Source: Patescibacteria group bacterium (GTDB lineage: Bacteria > Patescibacteriota > Minisyncoccia > CAIUEV01 > JAHKAQ01). From it: a DNA stretch of 64,000 nt. Where the stretch lies: NCBI GenBank assembly GCA_034716235.1, contig JAYEHH010000019.1, positions 16,114 to 80,113 of the forward strand, written 5' to 3'. The position numbers were made by a program, and so were the translations under genes. Below, in pieces: positions 1 through 8,118 of the stretch (position 1 is the stretch's first letter; every line of letters begins with the position of its first letter). A model generated the notes under the pieces. That model saw only the letters and a program-made list of their open reading frames with translations, did no database searches and was not told the origin of the DNA.

Positions 1-84
1 TCCTCTCTAGCTTTTTCTCTAATTTCTGTTTTCTTCTTAGAAAGAAGATAGGTATTTTCTCCGTAATAGAAGTAAAGCATTATT

Positions 85-1272
85 TTACTGGACGGGTGTC
101 CATTTTAATTTTTGACCCGGCTCAAGCACTTCAACCCAAATTTGTCCTGGAACAAATTCCAACTCTTGACCATCGTCTTTAATAAATTTAAGTTTAGCAG
201 AATTTACACAAACCAATTCATTGCCAATGACACAATTTCCTTTTTTCTTTTCCCAACGACCGGTAAATTCATGCCCTTCTATGTAAGCAAACATATCACC
301 CTCGCCTTCAATATCTACATCATTATACTGACCTTCAATTTGACGAGAAGTAGCAAAAATGACTACCACATTTTTAGGAGCTATTTTTTCTCCTGAAGTT
401 CTATCGGTATCTGCCCGACCACCCCAATTCCTTAAATATGAATTAGTTTTAGGATCATAAGTATATTCTGCCCTGTATGCTCCCGCAAAACCGGCTACTA
501 GAGTTCCGCCTTTACCTCTTTCGCTTAAAACACTCTCTTGCCGATGAGGATACCCCTCAAAGTGATTCTCTAAACGATATCCTAAAGTTTTAGCAGTATT
601 TAAGAGACCATCATAAGAGGCAAATCCATTGTCCGGAGCTGGAATGCCTGCCTTTCTAAAAAAAGCTCCTCCTTCATTTCTCAGAGCATCCAAATCGGGA
701 ACGGTGTTTTTATTTTTAAGCATATCTAGAGCAAAATGAGAACCTCCCCAGTGAGCTAACATAGCATCTAACCCTTTGGCTAAAGTGATATAGTCATGTC
801 TAACACTTCTAATAGAGCCAATTTCACTAGGAGAATTACAAACAAAAACTGCCATTAAGCGAGTGATGCTGGCGGTAATAACTGGCATTTCAAATACCAT
901 ATCTGCATCTTTTATTCCAGAAAGAGGTCTTACGCTTTTATCAGAAGCAAGCATAACCGCAATTGGCCGACGATCTTTGTTACTCATTGGATCACATTTT
1001 AAGCCTGACAATGGGCTAATTTCTCCCGGATTAAGTGGAGCTTGTTTTTCTCCTAAATTAGGAAATTCCAAGCCATAATTAGTTTTATCTGCTTGGTCGT
1101 CTGTTATTCCATTCTCAGCTGTTCCTCTATTTTTATTATTGGTAACTTTCGCAAACATTATTCCTCCAATAATCACTATCACAAGCAGGGTTATTGAAGC
1201 TACAGTTATTTGAGTTTGACGATTAGTTTTTAGCTTTTCAATGAAAGCTTTAAACGACGAGCTTAATTCCAT
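85..1272 (-). CDS. Membrane-anchored DUF3048-family (YerB-like) protein
   Basis: N-terminal TM segment. The motif 'RPIAVMLASDKSVRPLSGIKDADMVFEMPVITASITRLMAVF' matches the conserved start of the DUF3048 N-domain (RPxAVMIDN...ARPQSGL..AD.VYE). Long uninterrupted ORF. Confidence 0.5.
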   Translation of the reverse strand: MELSSSFKAFIEKLKTNRQTQITVASITLLVIVIIGGIMFAKVTNNKNRGTAENGITDDQADKTNYGLEFPNLGEKQAPLNPGEISPLSGLKCDPMSNKDRRPIAVMLASDKSVRPLSGIKDADMVFEMPVITASITRLMAVFVCNSPSEIGSIRSVRHDYITLAKGLDAMLAHWGGSHFALDMLKNKNTVPDLDALRNEGGAFFRKAGIPAPDNGFASYDGLLNTAKTLGYRLENHFEGYPHRQESVLSERGKGGTLVAGFAGAYRAEYTYDPKTNSYLRNWGGRADTDRTSGEKIAPKNVVVIFATSRQIEGQYNDVDIEGEGDMFAYIEGHEFTGRWEKKKGNCVIGNELVCVNSAKLKFIKDDGQELEFVPGQIWVEVLEPGQKLKWTPVQ

Positions 1273-1382
1273 CTTTTATGTTTTACCTAATTATTATTTA
1301 TTAAATTATTTATTTACTCGATAAAAGTATTCTAGCAGAAAATATAAATAATGCCATTACTTTTAAAGGAGTGGCTTTTTTA

Positions 1383-2255
1383 CTACCGCTGACAGTGAGA
1401 ACAATAAAAAGTACTTCGCTGGCCTTGTTTAATCCTTTTAATTATTTTACCGCATCTATGACATTTTTTACCAGTTTTTTGATAGACTTTAAGCATCTTT
1501 TGAAAATTTCCCTTTTCTCCCGAAAGGCTCCTGTAGTCATTTACAGAGGTTCCCTTAAATTTAATAGCTTTTGTAAGTAGGTTAACCATTGATCGATGCA
1601 ATCTTTTCACCTCATCTTGCTTGATTGTTTCAGCCCGTCGCCGAGGATTTATTTTAGCGTTAAAAAGAATTTCGCTGGCATAGATATTGCCAATTCCCGC
1701 TATTAGAGATTGATCCATTAAAACTATTTTTATGACCCGATTATTTCCATTGAGTATTTCTTGCAGTTTTTGACTTGAGAATTTTTTTAACAGTGGTTCT
1801 TGACCAATTTTAGCCAGTCCATATTTATCAGGATGTTTAAGAATTTCATTTATTTTTGCCTTGATTAGTTTAATTCTTCCAAACTTACGGAGATCAGAAA
1901 AATCTAGTTGCGAACCATCGTTAAAATAGAAAGTAAAATGAATGTAAGCATTGAATTTATCCTTTTCTAGAAATTCTAGTTCTTTGAGGGTAGGATTTTT
2001 AGATTTAAAGAGTAAATGACCGGTCATTTTCAAATGAATCCAAAGAGAATTCCCGTTAGATAATTCCAGTAAAAGATTTTTAGCCCTACGGGAAATTTTA
2101 ACAATGCGCGTATTCTTAATTTCCCTTTCTAGCTGACTAAAACTTAAACCCTTAACCATTTTGGCATGGTCAGTCCAAAGTTTCTTTATCTTTTTTCCTT
2201 TGGCTTTTCTGTTCAGCCCTCTTTTAATGGTTTCAACTTCGGGAAGCTCGGGCAT
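1383..2255 (-). CDS. mutM: Formamidopyrimidine-DNA glycosylase (Fpg/MutM/Nei family)
   Basis: N-terminal 'MPELPEVE' catalytic Pro2/Glu3 signature, an H2TH region, and a C-terminal CxxC...CxxC zinc finger ('CHRCGKII...FYCSHCQ'). Confidence 0.85.
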   Translation of the reverse strand: MPELPEVETIKRGLNRKAKGKKIKKLWTDHAKMVKGLSFSQLEREIKNTRIVKISRRAKNLLLELSNGNSLWIHLKMTGHLLFKSKNPTLKELEFLEKDKFNAYIHFTFYFNDGSQLDFSDLRKFGRIKLIKAKINEILKHPDKYGLAKIGQEPLLKKFSSQKLQEILNGNNRVIKIVLMDQSLIAGIGNIYASEILFNAKINPRRRAETIKQDEVKRLHRSMVNLLTKAIKFKGTSVNDYRSLSGEKGNFQKMLKVYQKTGKKCHRCGKIIKRIKQGQRSTFYCSHCQR

Positions 2256-2283
2256 GGGGATGATAGTTATAAAGTTAAAAGTT

Positions 2284-2325
2284 CATAAAGTGACTATCAG
2301 TAGAAAGTTCATAAAGTTATCAAGT
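2284..2325. repeat. AGTTCATAAAGT-type short direct-repeat block, near-identical to the block at 7113-7158
   Basis: AGTTCATAAAGTGACTATCAGTAGAAAGTTCATAAAGTTAT compared with AGTTCGTAAAGTGACCATTAGTAGAAAGTTCGTAAAGTTAT. Confidence 0.6.
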
Positions 2326-2344
2326 TTAAAGTAGAAAGAAATTT

Positions 2345-2560
2345 TGAGTTATCTTTGTTCCTGTCATTCCCGTCCCGTCATCCGACGGGATAAACTCCAA
2401 CTCGCCTCGCTGTAGCTTTGGCGAAGCGGGCGGGAATCCCGGTACGTCTAGACAAGACTTTGCCAAGTTAATTTTTCCTAAATTTGCTCGGAATTGTCAC
2501 CCAGGGGGTGATCCGCCTTCGGCGAGACAAGTCCGCTAGCCTCGCCGTATCACAAAACTG
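2345..2560. repeat. GC-rich mosaic intergenic repeat element (family member 1)
   Basis: Shares submotifs with 7265-7330, 7740-7870 and 62830-62870, some inverted: 'cctgtcattccCg', 'gggaatcccggtacgtctagacaagactttgccaag', 'aaatttgctcgg', 'gctagcctcgccgt'. G+C is well above the flanking sequence. Confidence 0.55.
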
Positions 2561-2772
2561 TAAAAGATAATCTAGTTAGCAAGTCTAGGCAGGTTTTTGG
2601 TGAAACAATCTCGCCTACCTGCCGGCAGGTAGGTAAATACGGAAACTTTATAACCTTTCTACTTTGTTAATCGTTAGTTGTCAATTGGTTATTGCGAAGC
2701 TTCGCTTCGCTCGCTTTGCTCAAATTTCATTTTTAGGATAAACTAATAATATCTTTTAGTGTTTGCAATTTT

Positions 2773-5700
2773 ATGGCAATTAGTAAAAAAATTTCTGGAA
2801 AACAAAAAGTATATGACGAGTTAGCATTCAAGGACAAGGTAACCAGATTAAAAACAGCTTCTGAAGAAAGCCAGACTTCTTTATTTGCCAAAAAAATAAA
2901 TCTCCCCTATTTAGACCTTAACATTTACCCTATTGGAATTGAGACTCTGCACACCGTCCCTGAAAAATTTGCTCGGGCTGGTAATCTAGTAATAATCGGC
3001 AAAGCAGGTAAGAATTTAAAAGTTGCTATTAGCGATCCTGAAAGAGAAGGAACCAAACAGGCCATTAAACATCTTCAAGAAGATGGATTTGTTTGCCAAT
3101 TATTTTTAGTATCAAAAACAGGTCTTAGTAGAGCTTTTGAAAGATATCAGCTCTTTGACCTCGGTAAAAGCTTAGAGAAAATGAGGATTAATCTCTCTGG
3201 AGAGGATTTAAAACAGTTTGAAAAAGAAGTTAAGGAGCTAATTGATCTCAAGAAAAAAATTCAAAATCTTCCTACCACAGAAATTTTAAAAATTATTATT
3301 GCCGGAGCTGTAAAATTAAAAGCCAGTGATGTTCATTTCGAACCTCAAAAAGAACATGTCCGTCTTCGCTATCGTTTAGATGGGGTGCTTCAAAATGTAA
3401 CTCAAGTTCCCTATAAAACTTACCCTTATGTTCTCTCCAGAATTAAGATGCTAGCCAAATTAAAATTAAACATCAAAGATAAATCTCAAGATGGGCGCTT
3501 TGATATAAAATTAACCGATCCCGACAGAGAGCTAGGAGTAAGAGTTTCAATCCTCCCTGGAAATTTTGGAGAAAATATTGTTATGCGTCTCTTAGACCAA
3601 AATATGGGAGCTCAGAAATTAGAAAAGCTGGGTTTAAGAGGTCGCGCTTTTGAACAACTTTTAAGACAAATTGCCAAGCCCAATGGAATGATTCTTAACA
3701 CAGGACCAACGGGTAGCGGAAAAACTACCACCCTGTATTCTTGCCTTAACCGAGTTAATTCTCCAGAAACAAAAATAATAACCATTGAAGATCCAGTAGA
3801 ATATCAGTTGCCTGGAATTTCCCAAACTCAAATCCATAAAGAAAGAGGTTATGATTTTGCTAGTGGTCTTCGTTCTATCGTAAGGCAAGATCCAGATGTT
3901 ATTTTAGTAGGAGAAATTCGTGATGAAGAAACCGCTGATATTGCCACTCACGCTTCTCTAACTGGGCACCTGGTTTTCTCAACCGTGCATGCTAATTCTG
4001 CTAGTGAAGCTATCCCTCGCCTAATTGATTTAGGAATAAGACCTTCTCTCATAAGTCCAGCTATTAATGCAATTATTGCTCAACGTTTAGTAAGAAAACT
4101 TTGTCCTTACTGTAAAGAAGAATATGTTCCAGCCCCCGAAACACTAGAAACGATTAATGAATTTCTTTCTGTCATCTCACCCAAAGCAAATGTGGAAATA
4201 CCTAAAAATATTAAAACACTTTACCGTGCTAAGGGATGCCCTAAATGCCATAATCTTGGCTATAAAGGCAGAATAGGTATCTTTGAAATTCTTGAGATAG
4301 ATAAAGAAATGGAAACTTTAATCCAAAAAGTAGCGCCGGCTTCTGAATTAACTGCTTCGGCCATAGAAAGTGGAATGATTACTATGCTTCAAGATGGAAT
4401 TTTAAAAGCTGTAACCGGTGAAACCAGTATGGAAGAAGTCCAAAGAGTAACCGGTACTGGAGAATTCTTAAAAGAAATTCATGAGAGAATACTTAAACAA
4501 TTACTTTCTCTTCAGCTAAAAATTAAAACTGATCAAGTTAAAGCCTTGCAGAAGGTGGGTTATAACACCAAAGCACTAGAAGAAACCATTGCCAAGTCTT
4601 CCAGCAAAGAGACTCTGGCCTACATAGTTGGTGGTGGTTTAAATTTTGATGCTGGGGATATTCATTTGGAGCCTGAGAAAGATTCTGTAAAAATTCGTTA
4701 TAGAATTGATGGAATTTTACAAGACATAGGAACCATGGACACTAATGACTATTTGCCTGTTCTCTCTCAAATAAAAACCCTGTCTGGATTTAAGGCCAGT
4801 TCTCATGAGGCTGTACGAGATAGTCGTTTCGGTATTAAACTAGAAGAGTCTTTTCCTAATATAAAAAACACTGAGTTGGATGTCAGAGTTTCAATCATTG
4901 TTGGTGGCTACGGAGAGACTGTTGTGTTGAGACTTTTATATAAATCGGCCAAATCATTAGATATGAAAAAGATAGGCTTAAGAGAGCAGACAACCAATCA
5001 CCTCTTGACTGAAATTGAGAAGCCTAATGGAATTATTCTTAATACTGGACCAACGGGTAGCGGAAAAACTACTACCTTATATTCTCTTTTAAACTTACTG
5101 AACAAACCTCAAGTAAAAATAATAACTGTGGAAGATCCTATTGAATATAGAATGGCTGGTATTTTGCAGACTCAAGTCAATATAGAAGAGGGCTATGATT
5201 TCTCAACCGCTTTAAGAGCTTTACTGCGTCAGAACCCAGATATTTTAATGATTGGAGAAATTCGTGATGAAGAAACTGCTAGAATTGCCATTCAAGCATC
5301 CCTTACTGGCCATTTAGTTCTCTCTACTCTTCATACTAATAATGCCGTTGCTTCTATCCAACGATTAATTAATATGAATATTGATCCTTCCGATATTGCT
5401 TCAGCGACCAATGCTTTAATGGCTCAAAGATTGGTTAGAAAACTTTGCCCTCATTGTAAAAAAGCTGTTAAGTTAGCAGGTAAGACAAAAGATGGAGTGA
5501 TGGAAACCCTAAAAACTATTTCTAAAAAATCAGGCTTAACTCCTCCAGAAAAAGTTGATAAAATTTTTGTTCCTGTTGGTTGTGAAAAATGTAAAAACAC
5601 CGGTTATTCCGGAGTAGTGCCTGTCTCAGAGATTATGACCATCAGTGAAGAGTTGGAAGAATTAATTTCTCGATTTTCCACCACTTCAGCAATTTCTAAA

Positions 5701-5805
5701 CAAGCCATTGAAGAAGGAATGATTACTATGGCTCAAGATGGAATCATGAAGGTTGTAGAAGGTATAACCAGTCTAGATGAAGTAAAAAGAGTAACGGAAG
5801 AATAA
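2773..5805 (+). CDS. Tandem-duplicated type II/IV secretion ATPase (two complete GspE/PilB modules in one polypeptide)
   Basis: Two GspE_N-like regions, two Walker A boxes 'GPTGSGKTTT', two 'GEIRD' Walker B/Asp boxes, two His boxes 'LTGHLV(F/L)ST(V/L)H', and two tetracysteine Zn motifs (CPYC...CPKC; CPHC...CEKC). Confidence 0.85.
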   Translation: MAISKKISGKQKVYDELAFKDKVTRLKTASEESQTSLFAKKINLPYLDLNIYPIGIETLHTVPEKFARAGNLVIIGKAGKNLKVAISDPEREGTKQAIKHLQEDGFVCQLFLVSKTGLSRAFERYQLFDLGKSLEKMRINLSGEDLKQFEKEVKELIDLKKKIQNLPTTEILKIIIAGAVKLKASDVHFEPQKEHVRLRYRLDGVLQNVTQVPYKTYPYVLSRIKMLAKLKLNIKDKSQDGRFDIKLTDPDRELGVRVSILPGNFGENIVMRLLDQNMGAQKLEKLGLRGRAFEQLLRQIAKPNGMILNTGPTGSGKTTTLYSCLNRVNSPETKIITIEDPVEYQLPGISQTQIHKERGYDFASGLRSIVRQDPDVILVGEIRDEETADIATHASLTGHLVFSTVHANSASEAIPRLIDLGIRPSLISPAINAIIAQRLVRKLCPYCKEEYVPAPETLETINEFLSVISPKANVEIPKNIKTLYRAKGCPKCHNLGYKGRIGIFEILEIDKEMETLIQKVAPASELTASAIESGMITMLQDGILKAVTGETSMEEVQRVTGTGEFLKEIHERILKQLLSLQLKIKTDQVKALQKVGYNTKALEETIAKSSSKETLAYIVGGGLNFDAGDIHLEPEKDSVKIRYRIDGILQDIGTMDTNDYLPVLSQIKTLSGFKASSHEAVRDSRFGIKLEESFPNIKNTELDVRVSIIVGGYGETVVLRLLYKSAKSLDMKKIGLREQTTNHLLTEIEKPNGIILNTGPTGSGKTTTLYSLLNLLNKPQVKIITVEDPIEYRMAGILQTQVNIEEGYDFSTALRALLRQNPDILMIGEIRDEETARIAIQASLTGHLVLSTLHTNNAVASIQRLINMNIDPSDIASATNALMAQRLVRKLCPHCKKAVKLAGKTKDGVMETLKTISKKSGLTPPEKVDKIFVPVGCEKCKNTGYSGVVPVSEIMTISEELEELISRFSTTSAISKQAIEEGMITMAQDGIMKVVEGITSLDEVKRVTEE

Positions 5806-6054
5806 AAAAAGTTCCTTTCTTTATTCTGTAGACATATTCTTGCGTTGCGAGGCACAAGGGGAAGGATTAACCCGAGGAACATTCCAGCCGAAACCAGGGT
5901 GCCCTTATTTCTAGGTAAATTTTCTGGACCTAATAGCAAAAGCCCATACATCCACAGAATAAAAAGAGGAACTTAATAAATATATCAAAGTATTTTTAAG
6001 GAAAAATTACGTTAGTCTTAAACCAACAAAAAAGTCTAGCATATCCATTAAATA

Positions 6055-7092
6055 ATGTCAACTACCATGCTTGAATCTTCATTTAGAAATCCCAAAGAAA
6101 ACAAAGATAATCCTAAAGAAAAAGAGTCTGAATTAAGTCTTCGGCCTAAAAAATTAAAAGAATATGTTGGACAAGATAGAATTAGAGAAAATCTAAAAAT
6201 ATTTATTGAAGCAGCTAAAAATAGGAAAGAACCCTTGGAGCATGTTTTAATCTACGGACCAGCCGGATTAGGAAAAACGACCCTTTCTCATATTATCGCT
6301 ACTGAAATGGACTCTAATATAAGACCAACCTCTGGACCGGCCATAGAAAAAATAGGTGACCTGGCTTCTATCTTAACCAATTTAGAAGATGGAGATATTC
6401 TTTTTATTGATGAGATTCATCGAATGAATAAACTGGTTGAAGAGGCTCTCTATCCGGCTATGGAAGATTGTAAACTGGACATCATTATTGGTAAAGGTCC
6501 TTCAGCAAAAACTCTCCAGTTAGATTTGCCACGCTTCACCTTGATTGGAGCAACCACCAGAATGGGTCTCATTTCTTCGCCTCTGAGGAGCCGTTTTGGA
6601 ATGACTTATAAGCTTAATTTCTATTCTCAGGAAGAAATCGCCTCTATTTTAAAACGCTCTGGAGATATTTTATCAATTTCCATGGAAGAAGATGGTTGCT
6701 CTTTAATTTCTCAATGTAGCCGAAAAAATCCCAGAGTAGCCAATCGTTTATTAAAAAGAGTACGAGATGTTGCTGAAGTAAAAGGACGAGGAGTTATTGA
6801 CAAAACCTTGGCTCAACAGGCCCTAGAGATGCTAGAAGTTGACAGTATGGGATTGGACACCGGAGATAGATACATTTTAAACACCTTAATTGATAAGTTT
6901 GACGGAGGACCGGTGGGGATTGGAACCTTGGCAGCTGCTACCAGTGAAGAGCGTGACACCATTGAAGAAATTTACGAACCCTACCTTTTAAAAATTGGTT
7001 TTTTAGATAGAACTCCTCGGGGCAGAATAGCTACTAAAAGAGCTTACAAGCATTTGGGGGCTGATTGGGGAGAAGAAGGGTTGAAGATATAG
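6055..7092 (+). CDS. ruvB: Holliday junction branch-migration helicase RuvB
   Basis: '[13 protein letters not shown]...[20 protein letters not shown]' with AAA+ Walker A and the RuvB C-terminal winged helix. Confidence 0.9.
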   Translation: MSTTMLESSFRNPKENKDNPKEKESELSLRPKKLKEYVGQDRIRENLKIFIEAAKNRKEPLEHVLIYGPAGLGKTTLSHIIATEMDSNIRPTSGPAIEKIGDLASILTNLEDGDILFIDEIHRMNKLVEEALYPAMEDCKLDIIIGKGPSAKTLQLDLPRFTLIGATTRMGLISSPLRSRFGMTYKLNFYSQEEIASILKRSGDILSISMEEDGCSLISQCSRKNPRVANRLLKRVRDVAEVKGRGVIDKTLAQQALEMLEVDSMGLDTGDRYILNTLIDKFDGGPVGIGTLAAATSEERDTIEEIYEPYLLKIGFLDRTPRGRIATKRAYKHLGADWGEEGLKI

Positions 7093-7104
7093 GGAAAAGT
7101 TAGA

Positions 7105-7185
7105 AAGTTTATAAAGTTCGTAAAGTGACCATTAGTAGAAAGTTCGTAAAGTTATAAAGTTCGTAAAGTTTAGGCAATTGATAAT
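7105..7185. repeat. GTTCGTAAAGT direct-repeat block (same family as 2284-2325 and 47808-47950)
   Basis: gttcgtaaagt appears three times; 41 bp are near-identical to 2284-2325. Confidence 0.6.
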
Positions 7186-7264
7186 TGATAATGGAGAATT
7201 GAGGAATATCTATAATAATTTTCAATTCTCAATTTTCAATTAAGGAATATCTTTATCATGATTC

Positions 7265-7870
7265 ACAATTTTATTTGTCATTCCTGTAAAAACGGGAATC
7301 CCGGGACGTTCTAGACAAAACGTTATTAATTCACAATTTGTCGCCCAGAGGGTGCCCAGCCCGGCACATTTAAGAAAGGTTTAATTTTGTTTGGTTGTAG
7401 AGACGCAAGATTTTGCGTCTCTACGGAAAATAATCACAATCGCAATAAATTTGGACCACAATCTAAAAATTGTCTCACGTCAGGTAGGCACGGAGATAAC
7501 AAATAGAGACGGGTTTTAAACCCGTCTCTACCCTTCATAACCCTATCTCCTTTGCGGGAGATTTTTTATTTTTCTTTAATCTTTTTTTCTGATTTTTTTA
7601 ATGGTTGCTGTGTTATAACAATGGCGTCGGTTACTGAGAAAGGGAGAATGAAACCCGTGCCTTCATTCTCCCTTCTTCCGACCATTAAAATCAGCTTAAA
7701 ATTTCCTTAAAAAATCTCATAACTCACACTTGGCTAGCCTCGCCGTGTCTAGGCGGGCCTCTGGCTGGCTAATTACAAATTTAGAAGAAGCTAACTTGGC
7801 AAAGTCTTGCCTAGACGTACCGGGACCCCCGCTTTCGCGGGGGTGACATACTCTGCGAGGCTAGGTGATC
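7265..7870. repeat. GC-rich mosaic intergenic repeat region (family members 2 and 3) with multiple perfect hairpins
   Basis: 7285-7312 'cgggaatcccgggacgttctagacaa'. 7798-7827 'cttggcaaagtcttgcctagacgtaccggg' is the inverse of 2449-2478. 7838-7851 'cccgctttcgcggg'. Hairpins at 7397-7424 (gtagagacgcaa/ttgcgtctctac) and 7503-7530 (agagacgggttt/aaacccgtctct). Confidence 0.55.
7545..7575 (+). terminator. Putative rho-independent terminator
   Basis: Hairpin atctcc-tttgcg-ggagat followed by tttttatttttc. Confidence 0.35.
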
Positions 7871-8118
7871 CACTAGCTGACCAGTTACAAATTTTAGAAA
7901 ATTTTATAATTTAAATAATTCAACCCAATATTTAGTCCAGCGTTCTAGCCTTGAATTTAATATTCAATCTGAAACTTAATTTAGCGTTTCATTTCAAAAC
8001 TTAGTTTGAGATTGAGGCTAAGATCGATTTGAAATTAGTATAAAATTGATACAAATAGCTATGTCTATACTTACCCTGACAAAAATTAATCTAGTAAAAT
8101 AAATAAATTTTAAACTCT

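Noticed and set aside
112-396. Short ORFs from the six-frame track lying antisense or embedded within long, well-supported genes (e.g. 112-396, 863-1078, 3661-3888, 8721-8990, 15390-15853, 28783-29270, 30182-31546, 32680-33540, 46315-46611)
   Set aside because: They overlap confidently assigned CDSs on the opposite strand or in another frame. They show low-complexity or skewed composition and carry no recognisable motifs. They are treated as shadow ORFs.
7265-7900. Possibility that the long GC-rich intergenic blocks (2.3-2.8 kb, 7.1-8.1 kb, 62.3-62.9 kb) encode RNase P RNA, tmRNA, SRP RNA or rRNA fragments
   Set aside because: No hallmark motifs were found: no GGAAAGUCCGG/ACAGNRA for RNase P, no tRNA-like 3' end plus tag ORF for tmRNA, no GGAAGCAGCC-type SRP domain IV. 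A covariance-model scan would be needed to exclude these formally.
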